Source: Alphaproteobacteria bacterium
GTDB taxonomy: Bacteria; Pseudomonadota; Alphaproteobacteria; SP197
Length of the DNA stretch: 64,000 bases
Reading direction: 5' to 3'
NCBI GenBank assembly: GCA_965200745.1
Contig: CBDAUZ010000002.1
Span: forward strand, 53,928-117,927
Below the pieces are notes generated by a model, which ran no database searches, was not told the origin of the DNA, and worked only from the letters and a program-made list of their open reading frames with translations. The position numbers and the translations under genes were made by a program. Below, piece by piece: positions 36,077-44,592 of this stretch. Each line of letters starts with the position of its first letter. Position 1 is the stretch's first letter.

Positions 36077-37039
36077 GTGGCTCCCATCCGTGAACAACGC
36101 AGACTTCGCCTTCCCGCGACGGATACTCTCGTTACATTTGAGCGGGCGGCAAAGAACCTCAATTTCAAGAAGGCTGCCAAGGAACTGAACATGACGCCTT
36201 CGGCGGTCAGTCAGCAGATTTCAAAGTTGGAAGCATCCCTCGGCGTCGAACTGTTCCGCCGCAGTTCCAAGGGGGTTCGCCTTACCGAGTCTGGCGCAGC
36301 CTATATCAAGGAAGTTCGCAAGGCGCTGGCTTTGCTGAGAACAGCGACACGTCATATCGTCGACACCTCAAACCAGCAGCCTGTAAAGATAGCTGCCTAC
36401 GTTCCGCTCTCGACATACTGGCTGTTTCCCTTGGTCGGTGAGCTCGACGAACAATACCCGGATTTGTCGCTGGACATCGAATCCGTGACGCGGCATTTGG
36501 ACGTCACTCTTCGCGATGCAGATATCATCGTGCAATTTGGGCCGTTGGACAATGCAAGTGCCGAAGGGCACGTGGTATTGTTTCCCAGAACGAGCACGCC
36601 TGTTTGTTCGCCCAGGTTTCTGGAACGGCATGGGCCATTGGAAACGATAGACGACCTGTTGAGGGTGCCGTTACTTCACAACTTGGCAACGGAAGAAGAA
36701 TGGATTGATTGGTTTGACGATATCGCCGGCATAACCAACCCTCCGCCTGCTCAGTACAGATTTCGGGACAGGGGTTCCAACCTGGGTGCGGCTGAGAAAG
36801 GGCTGGGCGTGGCGTTGGGATGCAGGAATTTGTTAAAGCACGATCTCGAAGCTGGAAACCTGATCGCTCCGTTTGAACACAGCGTAACTTATGACTTCGG
36901 GTACTACGTGCAGGTTTCAGGTGCAGCCAAGCGGCTCAAAAGGGTAACCAAATTGCTGTCATGGTTGCGGTCGAAGGGCGAAGATACCGTTGCAAGCAAT
37001 TGTTTCCCAACCCAGACAAAAAATATCAAAACTCTTTGA
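36077..37039 (+). CDS. LysR-family transcriptional regulator (GcvA-like)
   Basis: 320-aa ORF (GTG start) with the HTH FERAAKNLNFKKAAKELNMTPSAVSQQISKLE. Confidence 0.9.
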   Translation: MAPIREQRRLRLPATDTLVTFERAAKNLNFKKAAKELNMTPSAVSQQISKLEASLGVELFRRSSKGVRLTESGAAYIKEVRKALALLRTATRHIVDTSNQQPVKIAAYVPLSTYWLFPLVGELDEQYPDLSLDIESVTRHLDVTLRDADIIVQFGPLDNASAEGHVVLFPRTSTPVCSPRFLERHGPLETIDDLLRVPLLHNLATEEEWIDWFDDIAGITNPPPAQYRFRDRGSNLGAAEKGLGVALGCRNLLKHDLEAGNLIAPFEHSVTYDFGYYVQVSGAAKRLKRVTKLLSWLRSKGEDTVASNCFPTQTKNIKTL

Positions 37040-37275
37040 TAAAGCTCTCTTTTTAGGGGTGGTGCGATTGACCTGAAGCGTTCTGCAAAAAACCTGAATC
37101 ACAGCCTTTGGCAGAACGCAGCGCAGGCTTTGAGCTTTGCACGCACCCGGCCTCTATCTGATGTGTCAGGTTAAAGGCCGGACGCTTTAGTGGAAACTGG
37201 TTCGCATTCGTCTGACAACACCGCCACCCAGACCAGTCTCATTTCCAATTTGCGTATTCCCGCGCGCGGTCCGCA

Positions 37276-37710
37276 TCACCGGGATGTTTCTTCCGCGCTC
37301 CACCTCGTGGAATCAATAACAGGAAAGCGCAGTTTGTCGCCATTGGTGCATCCGAAGAGGACTACTCCTTTGTCCGTGTCCCGATTGTCAGAAACGGCTA
37401 CAGCAAAAATCAGGCTTTCGGTTCGCATAGATTCGACGCACACGAACGACCGCATTGACGATTTGCGCCGCATTGCAACGATAGGCATGCCGCACTTGCG
37501 AGCGAATGCTGCGTCAGCAAAATGCGCACCTGCACAAGTCCGGTTTGTCCCGCATGTTGTATCCAAGAATAATCCGACCTGCAGGGGGCCTGTTGTGATG
37601 TCGCACGCATTAAGCGCCGCCGCCAGCGCACTACCATCCAGATAGGTCTGATATGGCGCGTTCACGGTTGTGAGCAATGCTCTTTGCTCTCCACGTTCAT
37701 ACCGGTCCAA
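37276..37710 (-). CDS. Hypothetical Cys-rich protein, no family recognised
   Basis: 144-aa ORF 29 nt downstream of the AAA+ ATPase on the same strand. Its composition is plausible for a real protein. I recognise no motif. Confidence 0.4.
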   Translation of the reverse strand: MDRYERGEQRALLTTVNAPYQTYLDGSALAAALNACDITTGPLQVGLFLDTTCGTNRTCAGAHFADAAFARKCGMPIVAMRRKSSMRSFVCVESMRTESLIFAVAVSDNRDTDKGVVLFGCTNGDKLRFPVIDSTRWSAEETSR

Positions 37711-37739
37711 CTATAGCGATGTCACATTGGAACAGCCCA

Positions 37740-38912
37740 CTATGCTGACGCGAGCCGTTCCAAAGCAGCCATCAAAGGCATTGCACGAACGCCGCCCTGA
37801 CCCGGCACATCCTTTCCGTCGGCATAGACGAGGATCCGTTCCGAGACTTCCAACTCTTCGGCCGCGATATGAAACCCCCGCGTGACTTTCGGCGATGTCG
37901 TCCGCTTGATTTCGATGCCCCAAATCTGGCCTCGGGGTAGCTTTAGAACCAGATCGATCTCTGCACCGGCTGATGACCGATAGAAGCTTGCCTCGGTCCC
38001 ACGGGGCGCGGCAGCAATCAGGTTCTCGATGCAGAACCCTTCCCAGCTGCCGCCAACGACCGGATGCCCCAGCAGGTCTTCCGGCGCCTCAATCCCAAGA
38101 AGAGCGTGGGTCAGTCCGGAATCGCGAATGTATACCTTGGGGGATTTAACCAATCGCTTTCCTGCGTTGGAATGCCAGGGCTGCAATCGCCGCACCAGCA
38201 TCAGGTCGACAAGCAGATCGAGATACCGGGCAACGCTCCGTCCCGAAACACCGAGATTGCCTGCAAGCTTGGCTGCGTTCAGGAGCCCCCCCTGCTCGTG
38301 CGCGAGCATCGTCCAGAACCGGCGAAGCGTATCGGCGGGGATGCGCAACCCGAATGAGGGGATGTCCCGCTCAAGATAGGTCCTGATGAAATCTTCCCGC
38401 CAAGTGAGGCTGGCCCGATCGTTCTTCGCGAGATTGCTGTCAGGAAAGCCGCCACGCAGCCACAGAGTGGATATCACGTCCGCGCCGATCTCTGGTAGCA
38501 TGAATGGTGTCAATTCGTGATAGCTGACCCGACCGGCCAGCGATTCCGCACTTTGATGCAAGAGTGTGTTTGACGCGGACCCCAACAACAGGAATTGCCC
38601 GGTCCGATGCCCCTGCCTACGCCTACGGTCGATTTGTCCGCGTAAAGCGCCGAACAGATCTGGTAAGAGCTGGACCTCGTCAATCACGACAAGACGGCCT
38701 ACCTGTTCGTCAAGATACAGGTCCGGTTCTTCCAGAACCTGGCGATCAGCAGTTCGCTCCATGTCCAGATAGACCGCATCGCGGCTTTCCGCTATGTCCT
38801 GAGCAAGCGTCGTCTTGCCAACCTGTCTCGGCCCAAGAAGGACAACTCCCGCTTGGTTCTCCAGTGCTTCTTCAACCGATTTTCTATGACTGCGCTCGAT
38901 CATACCTCGCAT
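37740..38912 (-). CDS. AAA+ ATPase with C-terminal DUF4143-type domain (COG1373-like)
   Basis: 390-aa ORF with Walker A LLGPRQVGKTT, Walker B VVIDEVQ and the typical C-terminal region (ENLIAA...EIDLVL). Confidence 0.85.
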   Translation of the reverse strand: MRGMIERSHRKSVEEALENQAGVVLLGPRQVGKTTLAQDIAESRDAVYLDMERTADRQVLEEPDLYLDEQVGRLVVIDEVQLLPDLFGALRGQIDRRRRQGHRTGQFLLLGSASNTLLHQSAESLAGRVSYHELTPFMLPEIGADVISTLWLRGGFPDSNLAKNDRASLTWREDFIRTYLERDIPSFGLRIPADTLRRFWTMLAHEQGGLLNAAKLAGNLGVSGRSVARYLDLLVDLMLVRRLQPWHSNAGKRLVKSPKVYIRDSGLTHALLGIEAPEDLLGHPVVGGSWEGFCIENLIAAAPRGTEASFYRSSAGAEIDLVLKLPRGQIWGIEIKRTTSPKVTRGFHIAAEELEVSERILVYADGKDVPGQGGVRAMPLMAALERLASA

Positions 38913-38996
38913 TTATGCCATGTAATGGCAGATTTGCAAGGTTATTTTCAGGAAGCCCGGCCAATTGAACGAGTGACTTCGTCCAATTGAAAGGCT

Positions 38997-39568
38997 TTAA
39001 GGAGCCGCGGTTTCCACCATTCCCACATCCTCAAGCTGTTCCCGGTCCGGAAGGTCGCCGAGGGTTTCCAAGCCGAACGCGACGAGGAACTGTTCCGTCG
39101 TCACAAATGTATATGGCGCCCCTCGTCTAGGCGCGCGCGGTCCGATGGTAACCCTTTCCATTTAATGGACAGGGTTACCCCCCTCGTCTGGGCGCGCGCG
39201 GTCCGATGCCGATCAGACCGCGCACGTGTAGTCGACCGATCAGGTCACGGCTGATCTCTTTCCCGAAGATGTCTTTCAAACCATCCCGTGTAATCGGCTG
39301 GCGATAAGCGATCGCCGTCAAATAGCGACGTCGAATTCGTTGAGGTCCAAGACCTGCTCGCCCACATCTGCCGCAGCGCGGATCACAGGGGCATAGACAG
39401 GCCGCGCTCGGAACATCCGTCCGCCGGACACCTCGGCGAGTTCAAAACCCGCCCCTCCAGATCCGCGATCAAAAGGTCAACTGACACCCCCTGCCCCACG
39501 ACACGCGCCAGAACCTCGCGCGGTACTGGCGACGCGCTGGCAAACAGCACCGCCTCAATCCGGCGCAT
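38997..39568 (-). pseudogene. scpB: scpB (segregation and condensation protein B), frameshifted copy
   Basis: The N-terminus MRRIEAVLFASASPVPREVLARVVGQG..VDLLIADLEG is in ORF 39383..39649. The later segments GFELAEVSGG, AIAYRQPITRDGLKDIFGKEISRDLIG and APYTFVTTEQFLVAFGLETLGDLPDREQLEDVG each lie in a different frame. The copy also carries a 61-bp insertion. Confidence 0.75.
39119..39208. repeat. 29-bp direct duplication (CCCCTCGTCT[A/G]GGCGCGCGCGGTCCGATG) flanking a 32-nt near-palindrome (GGTAACCCT...AGGGTTACC)
   Basis: Read directly from the sequence, with a 61-nt period. The inner arms are 9 bp, with a nested TCCAT/ATGGA pair. The structure sits inside the scpB remnant at the IGPRAPRRG codons. 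Confidence 0.6.
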
Positions 39569-39655
39569 CCATTCCCGCCCAGTCCGATTCTTTCGGAAAG
39601 ACGACCGGTGACGATGTTTGCAGATCAGGAAACAGGCTTGAAATCGCACCGCGTG

Positions 39656-40549
39656 TCAGACAATGCGCACACTTTCGCCGGTAATCGGCCGCGTCGCACC
39701 GTCGGCATAAAGATCGGCACCACCTGACGACAGTTCCCTGTAACCGTTGATGACGTCGTAGGGATCCTGAAAATCCTGTACCCATCCAAGAAACGGACGG
39801 TGCAGATTGAATCCAAGCAGTCTTGCGAGTTGTTCCGGCATCTGCCGAACATCGTCTGGCGTCACCGAAAGATACCAGTTCTGTTCCTGTCGCAACCAGC
39901 CGAGCGAATATCCGGCAAACAACGCAATACGCCACGCATCAGTTGTCGTGTTGCGACCTCCGCCGTGGTAGGTCGAACCGAGGAAGGCACAAAACGATCC
40001 CTTCGGCATGACGGCTCCCACTGTCTCGTCGTCACGCGGGACCCTCTCGTCGTCCCAACGATGGCTGCCGGGGATCAGACGGGTTGCCCCATTCTCTTCC
40101 GTGAAATCGGTCAGTGCCCAGAAGATCGTCGCACATGAATTCCGGTCGGAAGGATGGGCGAGAGGATAGAGCAGATCATCGCGGTGAAGCGGCTGCGGCG
40201 TCTCACCGGGTCCGATCGCGGTGATCGAATTCGAATTCAACTGGTAGTTGTCGCACCATGGACCCAGCGCAAGGTCCATGATCTCGATCGCCTTTTCGTG
40301 AATGACGAAATCACCTGTCGCTGGCGACTTGGAAAAAAGTGAATGCAGGCGCTTTGTGAAATACCCGACGAAGTTTCCTTCTCCACACGATTTGCGATCC
40401 ATGTACGGCGCGAGATCTGACAACAAGAGGTCGATCATCGCATGATCAATTGCGTCGCGAACGATGACGCAACCGTCTTCATTCAGGATTTCATTGATGT
40501 GACTGACAGGTGTGTCGTTATCGACACGCGTGATCTCACGCTGGGTCAT
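39656..40549 (-). CDS. Phytanoyl-CoA dioxygenase (PhyH) family Fe(II)/2-oxoglutarate oxygenase
   Basis: ORF 39656..40633 with QPLHRDD and LIPGSHRWD motifs. I prefer the start MTQREITRV (codon 29). Confidence 0.85.
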   Translation of the reverse strand: MTQREITRVDNDTPVSHINEILNEDGCVIVRDAIDHAMIDLLLSDLAPYMDRKSCGEGNFVGYFTKRLHSLFSKSPATGDFVIHEKAIEIMDLALGPWCDNYQLNSNSITAIGPGETPQPLHRDDLLYPLAHPSDRNSCATIFWALTDFTEENGATRLIPGSHRWDDERVPRDDETVGAVMPKGSFCAFLGSTYHGGGRNTTTDAWRIALFAGYSLGWLRQEQNWYLSVTPDDVRQMPEQLARLLGFNLHRPFLGWVQDFQDPYDVINGYRELSSGGADLYADGATRPITGESVRIV

Positions 40550-41197
40550 GCTTTCCTCCCCGCCTTGCAGGACTTCACGGATCCATGACTTGGATGGCTC
40601 CCGGTGCCCGAACATCTGCAACACGAGAAACACCTTCTGATGGCACGGAGTCCGGATTGAACAACCTGATGGAAGACTACGCCAATTCAGGCATCCTGCG
40701 AAGACCCGTCATGCAGGGAGTGACATCGACGTACCGGCGGACGTCCCTGTCCGGTTTCCTGGCCACGCAATCAATTGGACGAAGAAAGCTGTTGCGTCGC
40801 GAGCCTGGGCGTCGCTTGGGCATCATCGCCTGACACACCGGGCTTCCGGCAACATCCCCTTTGGTTGTTGCCGGGCAGACGGCGGATGGCGACGACATCG
40901 AATGAGCGGAACGTGTCGCGCGTGAAGACGTCGTTGTGCCAGGACATTGGCGTCTGCAATCAGGAACCGCTCCTTCGGCCGCATCACATGGTCGTCGGTG
41001 TCCTTATCCAGGGCTGGAGTGATGGGTGAGACAATCCCGCAGTTCGGCATCGTTTTCATCCCGTCGACACCAGCATGGAGATTGGTTCTGCATAAATCGG
41101 CGCACGTCAGCATCGTGATGGATTTCCGCAAGCGCCTTGTCTGCTATACGAACAGTGTTCATCATTGCCTAGAATGTGAAGTGAGGAGACTTCAGTT

Positions 41198-42319
41198 ATG
41201 GATGCAAGGAAACTGGTTGATTCGTTTCGAGGTGGACAGCTCTCGCGACGTGAATTCTCGAAGGCATTGTCCGCCGTCGGACTGGGAATGGTCACACTGC
41301 CCGTCGCCGGACGGTCATTCGCAGCGGAAAAACCGATCTACTTCGGATGGTCAGGTTATGACGATCCGAATTTTGTCACATCGTACATAGAAAAACACGG
41401 CGAAGCGCCCGATTACACATTCTGGGGTTCGGAAGATGAGGCATTCCAGAAAATGCGTGGCGGTGGCTTCCGTCCGGATGTCATGGCGCCGTGCACTTAC
41501 GAACTGATCAAGTGGAAAAACGCCGGATTGATCGCTGCGCTCGAACCGGAGAGGCTGATTCACCTGCCGGACATGTTTGAAAGTCTGGAGGACATCGAAG
41601 GTTCGGTGATCGACGGACAGCGCTATTTCATGCCGATCGACTGGGGCAATTCGACGATCATCTATCGACGTGACCTGGTTGGCGAAGCCTGGCGTGACGA
41701 AAACGTCTCCTGGGAGATCTTCTACACGGACGAGTTCCGCAATCGTCTTGGTTTCTATGATTCCGCGGGCGCCATTGTCGAGATATCCGCACTTGTTCTC
41801 GGCTATGACAATATCTTCTCGCTGACGGAGGAGCAGCTCGTCGAAGTCCGGAAGATGGTCGCCATTCAACGCGACAACATGCGCATGTACTGGAGCGATC
41901 AGGCTGAAGCGCAACAAGCGCTGGCGTCAGGTGAACTCGTGGCGAGTTATGGCTGGAACGACGCATACGTCAGCTTGAAGAGCCAGGGAATCGATGTCGG
42001 TCTGGGCATTCCCAAGGAAGGAATTTTCACCTGGTGCTGCGGACTGGTCGTGCACGCCGAAACGGAATTTGTCGACGAGTCGTACGACATCATCAACGCA
42101 TTCGCGAGTCCCGAGTCAGGCGCCTACGAGATCGAGAACTGGGGATATGGCCACGCCAACAAGAAGGCCTTTGAACTCGTGCCCGAGGCCGTTCTTGCAG
42201 ATCGTGGACTTTCCGTTCCCGAAGCGTTGCTCGACAACGGTATCTTTTTCCAGGCTCTGGCACCGGATATCGAGGAAAGCTACATCCGTTTGTGGGAAGA
42301 GGTCCGCGCAGGTTACTGA
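41198..42319 (+). CDS. PotD/PotF-family periplasmic substrate-binding protein with Tat-type leader (orphan)
   Basis: 373-aa ORF with the leader SRREFSKALSAVGLGMVTLPVAGRSFA and an SBP_bac_8/PotD-like body. No permease or ATPase gene is adjacent. Confidence 0.85.
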   Translation: MDARKLVDSFRGGQLSRREFSKALSAVGLGMVTLPVAGRSFAAEKPIYFGWSGYDDPNFVTSYIEKHGEAPDYTFWGSEDEAFQKMRGGGFRPDVMAPCTYELIKWKNAGLIAALEPERLIHLPDMFESLEDIEGSVIDGQRYFMPIDWGNSTIIYRRDLVGEAWRDENVSWEIFYTDEFRNRLGFYDSAGAIVEISALVLGYDNIFSLTEEQLVEVRKMVAIQRDNMRMYWSDQAEAQQALASGELVASYGWNDAYVSLKSQGIDVGLGIPKEGIFTWCCGLVVHAETEFVDESYDIINAFASPESGAYEIENWGYGHANKKAFELVPEAVLADRGLSVPEALLDNGIFFQALAPDIEESYIRLWEEVRAGY

Positions 42320-42394
42320 CGCGTCACATCAAATCAGGGGATCCGAAGCCTTCGGGTTTCGGGTCCCTTTTCATTGCAATAGTGAGGACTGACG

Positions 42395-43582
42395 ATGTCA
42401 GACAAACCCGATCCGTTCGTCTGGGATGACCCGTTCCTTCTCGAGGACATGCTCGGTGAAGAAGAGCGGATGATCCGTGACTCCGCACGCAGCTTTTGTG
42501 AGTCCTTTCTTGCGCCACGGGTCCAGAATGATTTTCGCAACGAATCCGGCGATCGCGAAATTCTCGGCGAAATGGGCGCCGCGGGTTTGCTCGGAGCAAC
42601 AATCGATGGTTACGGCTGCGCCGGTGCAAGCCAGATCGCTTACGGACTGATTGCCTTCGAAGTCGAGTATGTCGACAGTGCTTACCGATCGACACTCTCT
42701 GTGCAATCAAGTCTCGTGATGCACCCCATCCATGCCTATGGTACCGAAGACCAGCGTCGCAGGTATCTGCCAAAACTTGCTACAGGTGAGCTTGTCGGCG
42801 CATTCGGTTTGACCGAGCCAGACCACGGATCAGACCCGGGAAGCATGAAAACTCTCGCACGCAAGGTCGACGGCGGGTTCATTCTCAACGGAACAAAGAT
42901 GTGGATCTCGAACGCGCCGATTGCCGATGTAATGGTCGTGTGGGCGCGTGACGAAACCGAGGGGCGGATCCGCGGCTTCATTCTCGACCGCGATATGAAG
43001 GGACTTGCAACACCGACAATCAAGGGAAAATTCAGCCTGCGGGCAAGCCCGACCGGATACATCGTCATGGAGGATGTATTTTGTCCGGAGGAAAACGCAT
43101 TTCCGGAAATCCGTGGCCTCCGGGGACCGTTCGGTTGTCTGAACAATGCCCGCTATGGCATTGCCTGGGGGGCATTGGGTGCGGCAAGTTCCTGTTGGCA
43201 CACCGCACGCCAGTACGCTCTCGACCGCACACAGTTCGGTCGTCCCATTGCGGCCAATCAGCTGATCCAGAAGAAACTTGCCGATATGCAAACGGAGATT
43301 TCCATTGGTCTGCAGGCGTGCCATCGGGTCGGACAGCTCAAGGATGCCAATCGTGCCGCGCCCGAGTTGATTTCACTCATCAAACGTAACTCTGCAGGAA
43401 AGGCGCTGGAGATCGCGCGCATTTCACGCGACATTCTTGGTGCGAACGGCGTCAGCGACGAATACGGCGTCATCCGTCATGTTCTTAATCTGGAATCCGT
43501 CAATACGTATGAGGGAACACACGATATTCACGCCCTGATCCTCGGACGCGCACAGACCGGTATTCAGGCGTTCACCGGATGA
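42395..43582 (+). CDS. gcdH: Glutaryl-CoA dehydrogenase
   Basis: 395 aa with the N-terminal [27 protein letters not shown], then [15 protein letters not shown] and [15 protein letters not shown]. It reads collinear with GCDH sequences I know. Confidence 0.9.
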   Translation: MSDKPDPFVWDDPFLLEDMLGEEERMIRDSARSFCESFLAPRVQNDFRNESGDREILGEMGAAGLLGATIDGYGCAGASQIAYGLIAFEVEYVDSAYRSTLSVQSSLVMHPIHAYGTEDQRRRYLPKLATGELVGAFGLTEPDHGSDPGSMKTLARKVDGGFILNGTKMWISNAPIADVMVVWARDETEGRIRGFILDRDMKGLATPTIKGKFSLRASPTGYIVMEDVFCPEENAFPEIRGLRGPFGCLNNARYGIAWGALGAASSCWHTARQYALDRTQFGRPIAANQLIQKKLADMQTEISIGLQACHRVGQLKDANRAAPELISLIKRNSAGKALEIARISRDILGANGVSDEYGVIRHVLNLESVNTYEGTHDIHALILGRAQTGIQAFTG

Positions 43583-44440
43583 TGTTGCGCGGATCTTTGT
43601 CCCATTTTTGAAGACTGCTCGGTTTCGCGTGTGCATCCAGGGGCTGTTCAGATTCATGACGACCTGACCGTTGGACGGGCAATGTTGGATTGATCCATGA
43701 TATTTGGCAGATTTTCCAGACACTGAACGAGGCTGAGGCGAAACAGCGCCGAAACGATGGCGCGGCGCATGACCTGATTGGAACAATTAAGGTCTTGTCG
43801 AAATCAGGATACGTTCAGACATGACTGATGTGCACGTGAGACCTGCAACGTGCAGGATAAACGACAGGCCACGTTCGAAAGACGCAATCTCGAAATACAT
43901 GAACCACGGATGTTCGTGACCACAAGCGCGTTATCCAGTTTTTCTGAGAAATCGACCCATGCATGATCCAGACTGACCGGATTTTTCGCCAGTACCCGAC
44001 ATGAAGGCGACGAGCTCGCAGGTCCGGAGGGTTTCCCGGCGGCTGTTTGGTCAATTCAAAAAAAATATCGACGTTCCCGCAATCCAACCCTTGACAAACA
44101 TGTCATTCAATCCGATACGTCAGGAAAGTTGAGGTCTGGCTCTCCAGAAAAGAGCTCGCGGAGATTTGAAGGGCAGCTTGCATCCGCGTTACCAACAGCT
44201 AAAGAGCCACGGAACTGATCTCCGTGGGCCCATGATTGAGGACCGGAGAAAAGTGCGAAAAAATCCTTCATCAAAAGCGCGATCGTTCATTTCACCTGAT
44301 CGAAATGGCGCATACGAACACAGGCATCGCTTGACCAACGAAAGACCGGGCAGCAATGCCCGGACGGTCACGATGTCACAAGAGATACTCTGACCGCGGC
44401 GTTCATTGCGGCGGCGAACCTGCCTGGTCGGAGTACACCC

Positions 44441-44469
44441 GGGGGATGGAATATCATATTCCATCCCCC
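44441..44469 (+). terminator. Strong palindromic hairpin GGGGGATGGAATAT-C-ATATTCCATCCCCC followed by TCAATTTT; orphan terminator-like element
   Basis: Perfect 14-nt arms read directly from the sequence. The element lies in a 1-kb gap without a convincing ORF, about 125 nt upstream of the longest hemB ORF. Confidence 0.4.
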
Positions 44470-44592
44470 CTCAATTTTCATGATCATCCGCTATTCTGCA
44501 GCCGGAATCAGGAATCTGTCCTGAACGATCTCCTCCTCCCCGATTCTGTATCAAACAGTTGTTCAGAAATCTATACCACAACTTGATCAGCC

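Noticed and set aside
43424-44464. Small ORFs in the hemB upstream gap (43424..43786-, 43815..44087-, 44166..44393+, 44189..44464-) as real proteins or transposase remnants.
   Set aside because: Their translations are basic and low-complexity, have no family resemblance, and overlap one another. I treat the region as non-coding or structured RNA instead (see findings).
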